From contig CM097885.1 in assembly GCA_044892525.1 (NCBI GenBank), positions 234,300,001-234,364,000 of the forward strand: 64,000 bases of DNA, read 5' to 3'. A program made the position numbers and the translations under genes. This DNA is from Schmidtea polychroa (lineage: Eukaryota). The notes beneath the pieces were generated by a model. The model made no database searches and was not told the origin of the DNA. It saw nothing but the letters and a program-made list of their open reading frames with translations. This document shows, one piece after another, positions 9,001-15,760 of the stretch (position 1 is the stretch's first letter; each line of letters begins with the position of its first letter).

Positions 9001-11590
9001 ATGGAGAAATCCAATTCGAAACGATTATATGATCAACGTAAACGAAGCGTTCACGAGAGGAGAGAACACGCTGATGAGAGAAGCTATGAAAGGACATCAT
9101 TTATTCGAAATCCCGAATCAATTACTAGAACGAGGGATAAAATTCACAAATCACAAAGACGAACAGTTAACAAAAAAGCGAATCGACACATTCGAAAAAT
9201 CACTATTCCAATTTACTAACCAAGTACGACATAAATATTGGGAAACAGTAAGTGTGTTATATATGATGGACGCGATGAATAACATCCGCGAGAATTACAT
9301 GGATATTATCCAAATACTTACAGCAGAGGAACGAATCAATAATCCAAACGGAAAGAAAACGAAAATAAGGTATGAGAAATCCAGGGAATCAAAGTCAACA
9401 ACGAACCGAACGGTCACAAACAACGTCATCGAAACCAAGTCAATGAGTATAGATCAAGAGGCAATAATACGCAAAGCAAAAGAAGTGTTCTTTGAGGAAA
9501 TGCTAGAGCTGCCAGACGAAATAATATTGTCCAAAATAATAAAAGCCGTACACACATACGCAAGAGATCAAACCACGGGTTTAGATATCGGGAAAATCAA
9601 AACCTTCTTGCCTCGAGCATTTACGATGGTAACGAAGGATTCCCGAACACCCCTACAACAAGCAATACTAGCTGCAAAAGAGAATAGAGCAATAACGATC
9701 ATGAGAATCCTTGGGGAGATGGGCGAGGAAACCAACACGAAAAATGAACAAGGTGAAACCGCCATGATGTATGCAGCTATAACGAAAATACACCCAAAAA
9801 CACTCCACATCCTACATCAATCAGGATCGAAACTAGACGAAAGGTCCAATGAAGGAAATTCCACCTTGGACTGGGCAACCATACAGCCAAACTTAGAAAT
9901 GATCAGATTTATTTGCAAAAATGCGACAGAAGAAGAAGTTGAAAATATGTGCAAAAACACATCTCAGTTTCAATGGAATACGGTACGGAAAAATCTAGAA
10001 GCAATGAAATTATTATTAACCTGGAGAGTACCACCAAATAATAAATATGCGATAAATGTAAACGAATTCTACGAAAACGGAGAAAATGCGATGGTAAAGA
10101 ATACCCTAACTAAGGGGGGGACGCCTAAAATTATTTTAATAGTATTAAATAGAGAAGACCTAAAATTCACGCAAAATCAGAACGAGCAACAACGAATTGG
10201 GAAACATCGTCGTATGCAATTGAGAGAGTTAGTTAAAGAATGGAATAGAAAGAGACATGCTGCAACGGGTAGAAAAGAGTTTGAATTCGAAGCAAAATTA
10301 GCAAGAAACAGAGTGCTAACAGCATATCGCAGATTATTGAACGATATAAATGTCGAGGACGACAGTTTAAATGACAGCGAGGGAGATAAACACGATGACA
10401 ATAACGGAAAAGACCGAAAGGAGGATAAAGAGAAAAGAGAACCGGAGGAGGGTAAACCAGAAAACAAGGATTCGGATACGAAAAGAGAGGGAAACAGCCC
10501 GAGAACCAAGACCAAAGAGGAGGAAAAATCGAATAATGGAAAACAGAGGGTATGCCTACCTTTCACTAACAAAGAAATAGAGACAAATATGATATTAATG
10601 ATAATTATGCTTACCATGATAGAGTTAGTAACAGCTCAGGGAGGGACGAGAACGATAAAAGAAACCAAAGAAGCGGAGAATCAAGATAGCAAAGAGGATG
10701 AACTAAAACAAGAAAAGAGAAAGCAAGCACAAGAGCAGCAGTGGGATTTAAAGGAAGAATGGGACTTAAAGGAAAGGTGCATACTAGGAAGATGCATGTC
10801 TAGAGCGTATCAGAAACTAGTACTGATAAATGAGGACACAGAACCAATAACAGAAGTAAGAATACAAGAAGCATACCGAAATCGAGACGGGAAGAGAATA
10901 ACGAACGTCAAAGGAAAAGAGGTACACCTAGGAAAAGGTGGTGAAGTAGTAATAACGCAGATCCAACCTAGAAAAGAGCACAAAGTCTGTATTTCAAGAT
11001 TAGGACCAGGTGAGAGATGCCATCAATATGTGACGCAGCAGCAGCCGCCGAAAGAATACACGGTTTGTATCTGGAGGAATGAATCAAAAAGAGAATGCCG
11101 ACGATACCCGGGGAAAAGAGGAAAGAAAAGAAAAAACCACGACGAAAAGAACGAAGGAGGAAAGCACAAGAAAACTGGTGAGGAAGCTCAGGACAACTAT
11201 GTTTCGGAGGAAGAGATGGAAAAAATACAAAAGATGGCAAAGGAGGGTATGAACGAGGAAATAGCAAGAATACGGGAAATGATGAAAGGAAATGGCAAAA
11301 GAGGAAACGAGAAAAGTACAGAAGCGATATCAACATTAACAAACAAGGAAAAACCAGAGAGTATAAGCGTGAAGCAGATGATGTGGATCAGTGGGATAAT
11401 AATAACAGGGGCATTCCTAATCATAACGGGGGGAACAATAAAAATAATTAAAGATAAACGACATCGCGGAGAACTAGAAATGACCCGAATCAGAAACTTC
11501 CAACATCGAGTGAAACGACCAAGTGATATCAAACAAGGACAGTGGGTGGAGGCCTGGAACGTTCAGCGCCCTCCAAACTCACGTATATAG
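2..11590 (+). CDS. Retroelement polyprotein, 5'-partial (>3,850 aa): UBL x2, Bcl-2-like, Env, PR, RT, RNase H, integrase, ankyrin x2, C-terminal membrane protein
   Basis: The frame is open from position 2 (tat gat ttt aat atc aaa ttg), so TTG at 20 is not the real start. There are no stops until TAG at 11588-11590. Confidence 0.95.
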   Translation, partial: YDFNIKLKLEQIKQCTLRRNLDKLIKQIQEQVEDNWDLLITRRAPAMYELMSRLRDTEMLRMSDWRTINLIHKYGRLKETQPQRLEITIWLPNEEKRRIKMSNQSTVDDLVSKINQEITEKVRSESSDGMVDDVVMMYDKIILRAEDDTSLSEMGMWDNHQIIRIVPMDEFRTRDVTYQKEIRDRMKTLYQKSTEIIKIHQQWLKEKELQGKITKLSTRSCRRTPWERVWNAESKEWEIRKGTFVETDIGETESESEEEEEEPPKYEEEAREQTSDDEGETDVTSESENEARHIHAMRKKEREYADMDGEEATEAREREEKERYKQLGDILAMGAKNQRRQVVALANIILKTSEDIHNLRGMAKAIEEYRQYNEWYPEQLEQIIRKWRNQEWAQDTQERYHIRIKYPDKSIEELEVHPTTKIRELKKKLAYETPFHLQLFGKSLDDNADVGITPMRLEETNVLTMAETLGKPLKRKSKIIKPTKGSLSTPSPNKAPSKSNETEEVEEIILEGSDDEPGERSPLLVRWPTGAEMWTNNQPSTSYQQPTKLNIKEIIDNTTETETDEQFQKQREPTKVTPESQTDKIIDEWNEWLRNNDSSLPRTDNERNPNYENTREAGTMMEKRAKGRPKKQGEKSEFKTKEQLKQEQGQVRLEKLDKIVWDLKEAQPTIERGEKWIRELLKDMLIITNPQLRRLWQRKVASTEARQLWHTISGIIPKLIKEKTKTTKTDWDETKRVIEQLTTNANDDEHHLVVITYLMYNLMGLAARKIPNKQFANHVEMTVSIIENTIEPHIIRAGGWKRLIQAPRKNEQERSMQVRLKKLLNELEWELPMKDPASRKASINSLMMTMMIWMLCTSGATGFTIYDCDNMIMRDKYSLRDIEECRQASPNKLDIVRTKVTYHVYQESDFIRTQARECVVSKKVLAYYCGQYSYSTLILPGLDKEIVSIQREDCKELFRTGALKMHNGVTIHGQTGMIKTESVYVSGKVKSSDGSCNGGTYTIRGEVISGVVVIESYTVELKEYEAQFDANNYQMKTNPTCRATENVCRTGVSTIIYEANTQKCRLQLLKSALFNEVKGEIYENENDEDGNDRVRMRNGKPMPPSPREKRLSTQKTPTALITDDPDLGMRFIKEKETTKCDSIVYKTNYAGIYMSRQIIDRAVGKIATEDVKLYLYANNKMDFLFHRGQTTLQKVYYDLIQNDCSLNKEILKTKLAIAITHPDNTMPSLPLPDGHFGRMVGEVMYTYQCTKTYARMPEKSILPEKRCANELEIRYKGQNRFVQPVTRIMNPVGFYPNLFNCSNAYGPLYERPDGKWMMLPGKTISEEPKKFGLIELATELDFKPIDVSNGGMYSPEDLETARLNVLFPARRESILSNMVTITGGTNYQSGPNYELLLSPDHFQQATSNMMKAMWGRFLVFGQMMAGILGIILIIQIVRVILTQMLACFDIYKREKKVNWKMIVGFLPFLAKTMVLHGHSKDIHRIKRLIKILTKIKGTDEEVGRRFRKVMYDEATRRQLKKNKPKFLDRFRSQSSNSDSDDDDNGNDKCLYPNRNPNEKPMETAPYWEKEKTNTWIANGSYIPPDIVGPQTALTMTQNMYPQLPSQPGMHYMPTRRTKSVDQADDVRTIAAMSLPGGPAVTVMIQINGKETNAMIDTGANVSAIAINQIPSKHWKDIESTTIHIIACSKETVDVVGRWWTTLRYQDNEIETYLAVIPKLSVPCIIGTDLMPELLKEVVIDLTTMCLKDKTGRICKMNSVIRCPEKIIVPAKSQMICQIKVDTGMEGEVIFEPSKSFEKRRELPLAREIITINQEGVIPLNITNFEEEDKIIYENEKLGRLTPMMDIELPKVTNEMIKDDELWTIDSMLLTNDEKKKLHRLLVEYKDIFAISDLDLGTCDVTLHAIPLIDETPIALRPYKLAEMQKEIAETEVQKMLDAKVIEPSCSPWQFPVVMVKKKDGTQRFCIDYRKLNAVTKRDTYPLPDINEMLLMLQGAAYFTSLDLKSGYWQIKVKDEDKEKTAFTLGRDLYQFRKMPFGLTNAPASFQRCMNFVTHGIKQCMVYIDDLLIYSATFEQHLEDIRNVFIRLRQWKLKLKPSKCDWAKEKVTFLGHIVSAKGKEPDPRNIEKIKTCPAPKTVTQVQEFLGLCGYYRKFIKNYAGIAKPIQELVKKDISFLWGKEQQEAFETLRDKLIEAPILVHPDFKKPFLLATDASGYAAGAILGQLDDEGKERVIGYYSRTFKKHEKNYSVTEREALAIIQAIKHFRYLLWGHEICITTDHQPLVWLGQHKEASSRLMRWAMQLQEYSPFIKFKAGRANANADCMSRFIFPDLVDSEMQRICLIVAEDLDFCQLRKDQQEDAELKQIIDYIKTGQTDVYAKDQKLKEHMDKHRHRYIIEKDWLLIMDGEKRLMCIPENRRKELLTQYHDGRLGGHMSSKKTLARMKQKYFWPTLTEDVTEWVKNCLTCATRKNTGSKWKAPLTPMPVPIEPMTMISMDVVGPLPESDKGNVYILVITDFLTKFPEAFAMPDQKAKTIAKILVEEICCRYGTPKQILTDQGTNFMSEIMSEVTNYFKIAKLRTSPYHPQTNGMTERFNGTLIQMLSNYVDRHQRDWDEYINLCLMAYRMSIHASTKMSPFKLMYGRECNMPMDLEYQPPISQYMEIDDYVTKFKERMQEIWETAGLNIKFYQESYKDLHDRKKNVKQHTFQTGDWVMIETPELIPGTTKKLQRNGKGPYEILFVGETNVRVKLVNNPFTRPIYVNVARCKSIPKTATSQPEGRTLTTRSQTYQMNMMQQLAEPITGRLGIQPSEAEKIVKEVKIKIPGWAKDRLDFEILGGLLTMIENYANRERTHPLLRVVKSQWPILFTITDHYGDTPLHKLMKVGNNEQILETIEAFHDCKRSTEQTNNQGYTPLMIAANRGKTKDIITALLDTGSKITTQDHERKNALHHAIRGRSTEAFTSLMELLSYEDNREVGNMYDGLLTAIKEKLTTITGILITWRNPIRNDYMINVNEAFTRGENTLMREAMKGHHLFEIPNQLLERGIKFTNHKDEQLTKKRIDTFEKSLFQFTNQVRHKYWETVSVLYMMDAMNNIRENYMDIIQILTAEERINNPNGKKTKIRYEKSRESKSTTNRTVTNNVIETKSMSIDQEAIIRKAKEVFFEEMLELPDEIILSKIIKAVHTYARDQTTGLDIGKIKTFLPRAFTMVTKDSRTPLQQAILAAKENRAITIMRILGEMGEETNTKNEQGETAMMYAAITKIHPKTLHILHQSGSKLDERSNEGNSTLDWATIQPNLEMIRFICKNATEEEVENMCKNTSQFQWNTVRKNLEAMKLLLTWRVPPNNKYAINVNEFYENGENAMVKNTLTKGGTPKIILIVLNREDLKFTQNQNEQQRIGKHRRMQLRELVKEWNRKRHAATGRKEFEFEAKLARNRVLTAYRRLLNDINVEDDSLNDSEGDKHDDNNGKDRKEDKEKREPEEGKPENKDSDTKREGNSPRTKTKEEEKSNNGKQRVCLPFTNKEIETNMILMIIMLTMIELVTAQGGTRTIKETKEAENQDSKEDELKQEKRKQAQEQQWDLKEEWDLKERCILGRCMSRAYQKLVLINEDTEPITEVRIQEAYRNRDGKRITNVKGKEVHLGKGGEVVITQIQPRKEHKVCISRLGPGERCHQYVTQQQPPKEYTVCIWRNESKRECRRYPGKRGKKRKNHDEKNEGGKHKKTGEEAQDNYVSEEEMEKIQKMAKEGMNEEIARIREMMKGNGKRGNEKSTEAISTLTNKEKPESISVKQMMWISGIIITGAFLIITGGTIKIIKDKRHRGELEMTRIRNFQHRVKRPSDIKQGQWVEAWNVQRPPNSRI
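254..502 (+). other. Ubiquitin-like domain 1 in polyprotein
   Basis: LEITIWLPNEEKRRIKMSNQSTVDDLVSKI...DDTSLSEMGM follows the beta-grasp pattern (TV.DL..KI; D..SL.E.G). Confidence 0.6.
1199..1396 (+). other. Ubiquitin-like domain 2 in polyprotein
   Basis: LEVHPTTKIRELKKKL...HLQLFGKSLDDN aligns with ubiquitin LEVEPSDTIENVKAKI...RLIFAGKQLEDG. No C-terminal GG is present. Confidence 0.7.
2027..2415 (+). other. Bcl-2-like domain in polyprotein
   Basis: BH4-like IRELLKDML, hydrophobic helix HLVVITYLMYNL at the BH1 position, and BH2-like IEPHIIRAGGWKRLI (GGW at 2393-2401). Confidence 0.6.
2530..4430 (+). other. env: Envelope glycoprotein (chuvirus/Jingchuvirales-type, class III gB-like) with internal signal peptide and C-terminal TM segments
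   Basis: Signal SLMMTMMIWMLCTSGATG|FTIYDC, then in order YDC..SL.D...C, YYCG, GSCNGG, Y.NNK, C.L.KEIL..KL, GEVMY.YQC, C.NEL.I, QPVTRI, GGMYS.EDL, and TM WGRFLVFGQMMAGILGIILII. These match chuvirus-like glycoprotein motifs as I recall them. Confidence 0.85.
4910..5240 (+). other. Retropepsin aspartic protease domain
   Basis: MIDTGANVSAI (Asp codon at 4967) and IIGTD flap motif. Confidence 0.95.
5700..6975 (+). other. pol: Reverse transcriptase and RNase H domains (Ty3/Gypsy)
   Basis: RFCIDYRKLN, LDLKSGYWQI, MPFGLTNAP, YIDD (6185-6196) and FLGH; RNase H LATDAS, ERE and TDH. Confidence 0.97.
7270..8310 (+). other. Integrase (HHCC, DDE core, GPY/F)
   Basis: H-D-G-R-L-G-G-H...CLTC; MDVVGP, LTDQG, ERFN; KGPYEI. 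Confidence 0.97.
8580..10180 (+). other. Two paralogous ankyrin-repeat modules fused downstream of integrase
   Basis: GDTPLH, GYTPLM, KNALHHA and second set RTPLQQA, GETAMMYA, GNSTLDWA. Shared tails are LITWRNP..NDYMINVNE...GEN and LLTWRVP.NNKYAINVNE...GEN. Confidence 0.85.
10589..11590 (+). other. C-terminal type-I membrane protein module of polyprotein (internal signal, Cys-containing ectodomain, TM)
   Basis: MILMIIMLTMIELVTA|QGG signal-like segment, six Cys, and TM MMWISGIIITGAFLIITGGTI followed by basic residues. Confidence 0.6.
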
Positions 11591-11750
11591 AAAGGAATAT
11601 GACTGTATATAATTGTAAAAAGTAAGTATATCTTATGTATATAACAGTACTATATCTTTATATAAGCGCGGTATCAATATTATACAATAACGGGAATCAT
11701 AAAATAAAATTAAATTTACATAAGAGTTGAAAAGTGTATATAAATTAAGA

Positions 11751-12110
11751 ATGGATCAAGGAAATAACGAAATGAACCACAATACAGTAACTGAAGAATT
11801 ATGGAAGCAACAATGTGCCGTATTAGCACAATTAGTGTCCAATTTGCAAGAACAAGGACTGACGATGCACAGAAACCTGATCGAGAGTATGAACAGAGGA
11901 TTTAGTTATTTGAAGATAATTGAAGACCAGAGGTTAAAAATCGAACAAATGCAAAGAGAGATAGAGAGGATAACCCAATATAGCCGTCGACAGGAAATTG
12001 AAATAGACCGAATGAGGGAGGAAGCAGAACAGACAGAAATAGAAGACTGGTCGGAATGGCTAATGAATAGAGAGGAGAGCGGGCACGAAGCCGACTCTTC
12101 CGAACCCTAA
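11751..12110 (+). CDS. Retroelement accessory ORF A, small coiled-coil protein
   Basis: Intact ORF with first ATG at 11751 immediately after an AG acceptor-like motif; E/Q/R-rich heptads. Confidence 0.7.
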   Translation: MDQGNNEMNHNTVTEELWKQQCAVLAQLVSNLQEQGLTMHRNLIESMNRGFSYLKIIEDQRLKIEQMQREIERITQYSRRQEIEIDRMREEAEQTEIEDWSEWLMNREESGHEADSSEP

Positions 12111-12195
12111 ACCAAACCTAGCTTAAAATGTAAATAATTGTAAATAAAATATCGAACCTGTATCGATAAGAACTATTTGTACATATAATTATAGA

Positions 12196-13584
12196 ATGGA
12201 TAAACGACAAAGAGAAGAGTTCAGAGAGATTGTCGAGCAAGTCCGAAAATCTACAACGATCAGAATACACAAACATGTTATGTGCGGAATATGTGAAAAG
12301 TTGTTAAAGGAACCTCACCAAACGCAATGTGGATGCAGAGTATGTAAAGAATGTATCAGTGAAGCAATAAAGAATAGACCACAGAGGTGCCCGGTGTGTA
12401 AAGAGACACTAATATCGAGTTTAGAAGACACTAACGAGGATAAAGCCGCAGTGAAAGACATGTTAAACACCAACCTGGGATGCAAAAATGCCCCATGCGA
12501 ATGGAAAGGAGTAATATGGAAGGTAGTACAACATATGGGAGAATGTATGTACAGAATTGGCCAGTGTGAAAGGTGCCATAAAACCATTCGAGCAAGCGAA
12601 GAAAAAGAGCATCAAAGGCAGTGTGAAGAGAGATTGGAAAGATGTGAACACTGTGGAGAAATAGATACGTGGATAAATCTCACCCTCAAACATCACAATG
12701 TCCAAGAGGAGAGAGTATGTGCAGAGTTCAGTGGGGAATGCCCAAACGGATGTAACCAAGGGGAAATAATGAAGGTGGCACAGCATCTAAGGGAATGCGC
12801 AAAGAAAAGAATGACATGTGTACTAGGTAGATGGGGTTGTCAGAAACTACTACACCGAGGTGAGTTACCACATCATTTAGTAGAAAATGCTTCAACTCAC
12901 GCAGAAATGTGGTCGACTGCGCTACAAGAAAGCGAAGAGAAAGTAAAACAAATGGAGATAGAGATAACATCGTTGAAAGTGTTAGTCAAAGAACTACTAG
13001 AAGAAAGGGAAGCGTTCGAAGAAGCCCGAGCAAACATAAAGATGCAAATAAACCGAACAGAAATCAGTAATAATCAGGCCAAGGAGCTACATCAGAAAAT
13101 ACGGGAAATAAATCTAAATGAGATAACCCCAACAGCACCCTACATATGGAAAATAACGGGAGTAAAAGAAAGAATACGAAAAGCAAAAACCGGAGAAGAG
13201 ACAAGAATAACAAGTCCTACATTCCATTCTTGGAAAAATGGGTACAAAATGAAAATGAAGGTATATCCCAACGGGGACGGAACCGGATTGGATACGCACT
13301 TTTCGATTTTCTTTCTGTTATGTAAAGGAGAATACGACGAAATATTAGAATGGCCGTTCCAGGCAAAAATCGATATTACTCTGATGAACAACCAAAGTAT
13401 ACATGAGCAAAGCTTCAAAACAACGGGGAATCAAATAGCTTACCAGAGGCCCCTCAACGAAGAAGGATCAGCAACAGGAGCACCTACGTTCATCTCACAA
13501 CAAAGAGTAGAAGATATGGCGAGAAATGATACCATATATATCAAGATGACCGTGAGGAAAGAGGAGAAGGGTAGAACGGAGTAA
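12196..13584 (+). CDS. TRAF: TRAF-family protein (RING, TRAF zinc fingers, coiled coil, MATH/TRAF-C), intronless, element-borne
   Basis: RING CGIC...CGCRVC..C...CPVC; zinc fingers CxWKG...H...C and CPNGC; MATH YIWKI...SPTF...GYKMKMKVYPNGDG.G..THFSIFF...GEYD.IL.WPF. Confidence 0.96.
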   Translation: MDKRQREEFREIVEQVRKSTTIRIHKHVMCGICEKLLKEPHQTQCGCRVCKECISEAIKNRPQRCPVCKETLISSLEDTNEDKAAVKDMLNTNLGCKNAPCEWKGVIWKVVQHMGECMYRIGQCERCHKTIRASEEKEHQRQCEERLERCEHCGEIDTWINLTLKHHNVQEERVCAEFSGECPNGCNQGEIMKVAQHLRECAKKRMTCVLGRWGCQKLLHRGELPHHLVENASTHAEMWSTALQESEEKVKQMEIEITSLKVLVKELLEEREAFEEARANIKMQINRTEISNNQAKELHQKIREINLNEITPTAPYIWKITGVKERIRKAKTGEETRITSPTFHSWKNGYKMKMKVYPNGDGTGLDTHFSIFFLLCKGEYDEILEWPFQAKIDITLMNNQSIHEQSFKTTGNQIAYQRPLNEEGSATGAPTFISQQRVEDMARNDTIYIKMTVRKEEKGRTE

Positions 13585-13776
13585 CCAATCGAATAATGTT
13601 GTATATAATAATCTGTATATATCGGTGTATATAACCAATAAAATATTATATAATAATAGTATGAAAACCCTAAATACGAAAACCCAAAAATGATGCGAAA
13701 ATTTCCCAAGAAACAGTAAATAATGAATAAATTCCTTTTCATAATAAAAAGATTAATCGATGTCTATGATTTAGAG

Positions 13777-14832
13777 ATGACACAAGAGAAAATAACCGAA
13801 ACTGCGATAGCCCCAACCAATGTCAACAAGACACAAATTCCCCGAGAACATAATAAAAAATGGAACAAAGTAATGTTCCAACTAACTAATCTCACCCGAA
13901 ATCACATCGAAGAAACTAGAGAAGATGAGAATAGTCAATACCAATGGTTAATACACAACTTAAGAGCGGAAGCAGAAGCATGCAAAAGAGCATCAAAATG
14001 GGCGTCACTAGAAAATACCCGCCAAGAAGCACACAGCCACTACTTAAAGCAGCTAGTGCAGGAAGCGAGAAAAAGACTTACCGATGAGAACACCAAGCGC
14101 GAAGCGGAAAAACAAATAGAAGACAGGAAAATGATGCACTTAGTGGCAGAAGCGAGAAAATGGAAAAGACAAAACAGAGAAATGAAAAAAGAGATGAAAG
14201 AATTGCCCATGAGACTCGGATATGAAAGCGAACAAGGTAAATGGGAGGAGAATTTAATAATAAAGGAAGAATTGAAAAGGTTGAGAAAGGTCGCCGCCCG
14301 AAGCCAAACCTGGCAAACAAAGGCTATGGAGTTTGAGCGACATTTGGCAATGAAGTGCGACATAAGAGAGCACGAGAATGCCGCAATGGAAGAGATGATA
14401 ACCCAACAAGCGGGACGGGTTGTGGAATTAGTAAATCAGGTAGAAGAGATGAAAAGAGACCTTAATGGATTACAAGGATCGCTGGAACAAAGAAACATGG
14501 TCCTAGCGGGAAAAAACAGAAAATTAGAAAACGAAAGGAAAATGTACACCGAAAATATTAAAAACTTAGAAATAGAAATTGAAAAATGGAAGGGCGACGA
14601 GAAAATCAAGGCCCTAGACAAACAGATAGAGGCGAAAGACGAAGAGACAAGGTATCTCACCTATCTGCTCGACGAGGAATTGAACATCACTCGAGCTCTA
14701 AGAGACGAAATTAATGAATTGAGAGCTCAAATCCCCCAATATTACCTACCATACGACCCTATTGCGATACAGTTACATCCCGCGGTCGATAGTGATGAAG
14801 GTTATGTAGGCCAGGAGGAAACCTTCGTATAA
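13777..14832 (+). CDS. Retroelement accessory ORF C, long coiled-coil protein
   Basis: Intact ORF (track start 13723; ATG 13777 follows the TTTAG acceptor-like motif); E/K/R-rich helical sequence. Confidence 0.75.
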   Translation: MTQEKITETAIAPTNVNKTQIPREHNKKWNKVMFQLTNLTRNHIEETREDENSQYQWLIHNLRAEAEACKRASKWASLENTRQEAHSHYLKQLVQEARKRLTDENTKREAEKQIEDRKMMHLVAEARKWKRQNREMKKEMKELPMRLGYESEQGKWEENLIIKEELKRLRKVAARSQTWQTKAMEFERHLAMKCDIREHENAAMEEMITQQAGRVVELVNQVEEMKRDLNGLQGSLEQRNMVLAGKNRKLENERKMYTENIKNLEIEIEKWKGDEKIKALDKQIEAKDEETRYLTYLLDEELNITRALRDEINELRAQIPQYYLPYDPIAIQLHPAVDSDEGYVGQEETFV

Positions 14833-15006
14833 GGGTGGATGAAAAGATGAAAAACTAAAAACCGGGACGTATATCCCAAACAAAAAAAAAAAAATTAAAG
14901 TATTGTAAAAGTATTCAAGGGACTGTAACCCAAACTATTAAATTTTATATCAATGTATACGTATAAGTCGCACTATAGCGCACCATTAACTGTACATATT
15001 ATAGAT

Positions 15007-15705
15007 ATGAAAATCGAGGAAATGATAGAAATTATGAGCGACGTAGAAGAGGGAGAGATTGAGGCAGAAACAACAGAAACACAAACGCTAAAGGCCGAGT
15101 TACGGGAAGAGAAATACGAAAACGGGAGATTAATAAACAAATACCTAGAGGACCGGAAAATGATAAAGGTGTTAAAGAAAGAGTGCGAAGCGTTGGGGGA
15201 AATAAAAAGAGAAACGGAAGAGGAAAATGAATGGCTACACGAACAAAGGAAGCGAGGGAAAAACTGGGAAAAGATAGCGGAAGAACTATGGAAAGAGAGG
15301 GCAAGCTTCAAAGCAAAGGAGGTAATCCAAGACTACTGGAAAACTGAGGCGAAGGAGCGCCAAACAGCTATAAATAAATTAAAACGACAACTAGAAGAAA
15401 ACCAACGGGAAAGTAAAGAAATGAGGAAGTGGGTCCGCAAATATAGAGAAATAGAAAGAAAACATCAACAACAAAATTACCTGCAAGAAAACGAACAAGA
15501 TCTCCTACAAATCGAGCTAAAAAGAAACCTTGAAAAGAAAAGGGAAGAAATTAGACGCTTGGAAAAAGAAATTAGACATCTAAAGAGAGAAGCCCGTGAA
15601 AAAGACCGACAATTGGAAATGCTGCCCGAGTTAAGACACAGGGTAATTAAAGCAGAGTCCACCTTGATGAGAATCGGCGAAAATAATCCAAATCAGAACC
15701 ATTAA
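15007..15705 (+). CDS. Retroelement accessory ORF D, coiled-coil protein
   Basis: Intact ORF (track start 14953; ATG 15007 follows TGTACATATTATAG); charged heptads. Confidence 0.75.
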   Translation: MKIEEMIEIMSDVEEGEIEAETTETQTLKAELREEKYENGRLINKYLEDRKMIKVLKKECEALGEIKRETEEENEWLHEQRKRGKNWEKIAEELWKERASFKAKEVIQDYWKTEAKERQTAINKLKRQLEENQRESKEMRKWVRKYREIERKHQQQNYLQENEQDLLQIELKRNLEKKREEIRRLEKEIRHLKREAREKDRQLEMLPELRHRVIKAESTLMRIGENNPNQNH

Positions 15706-15760
15706 ATTAAGGGTCATTAAAACCAATTGTAAATAAACATAATGAATGTATAATAGTATC

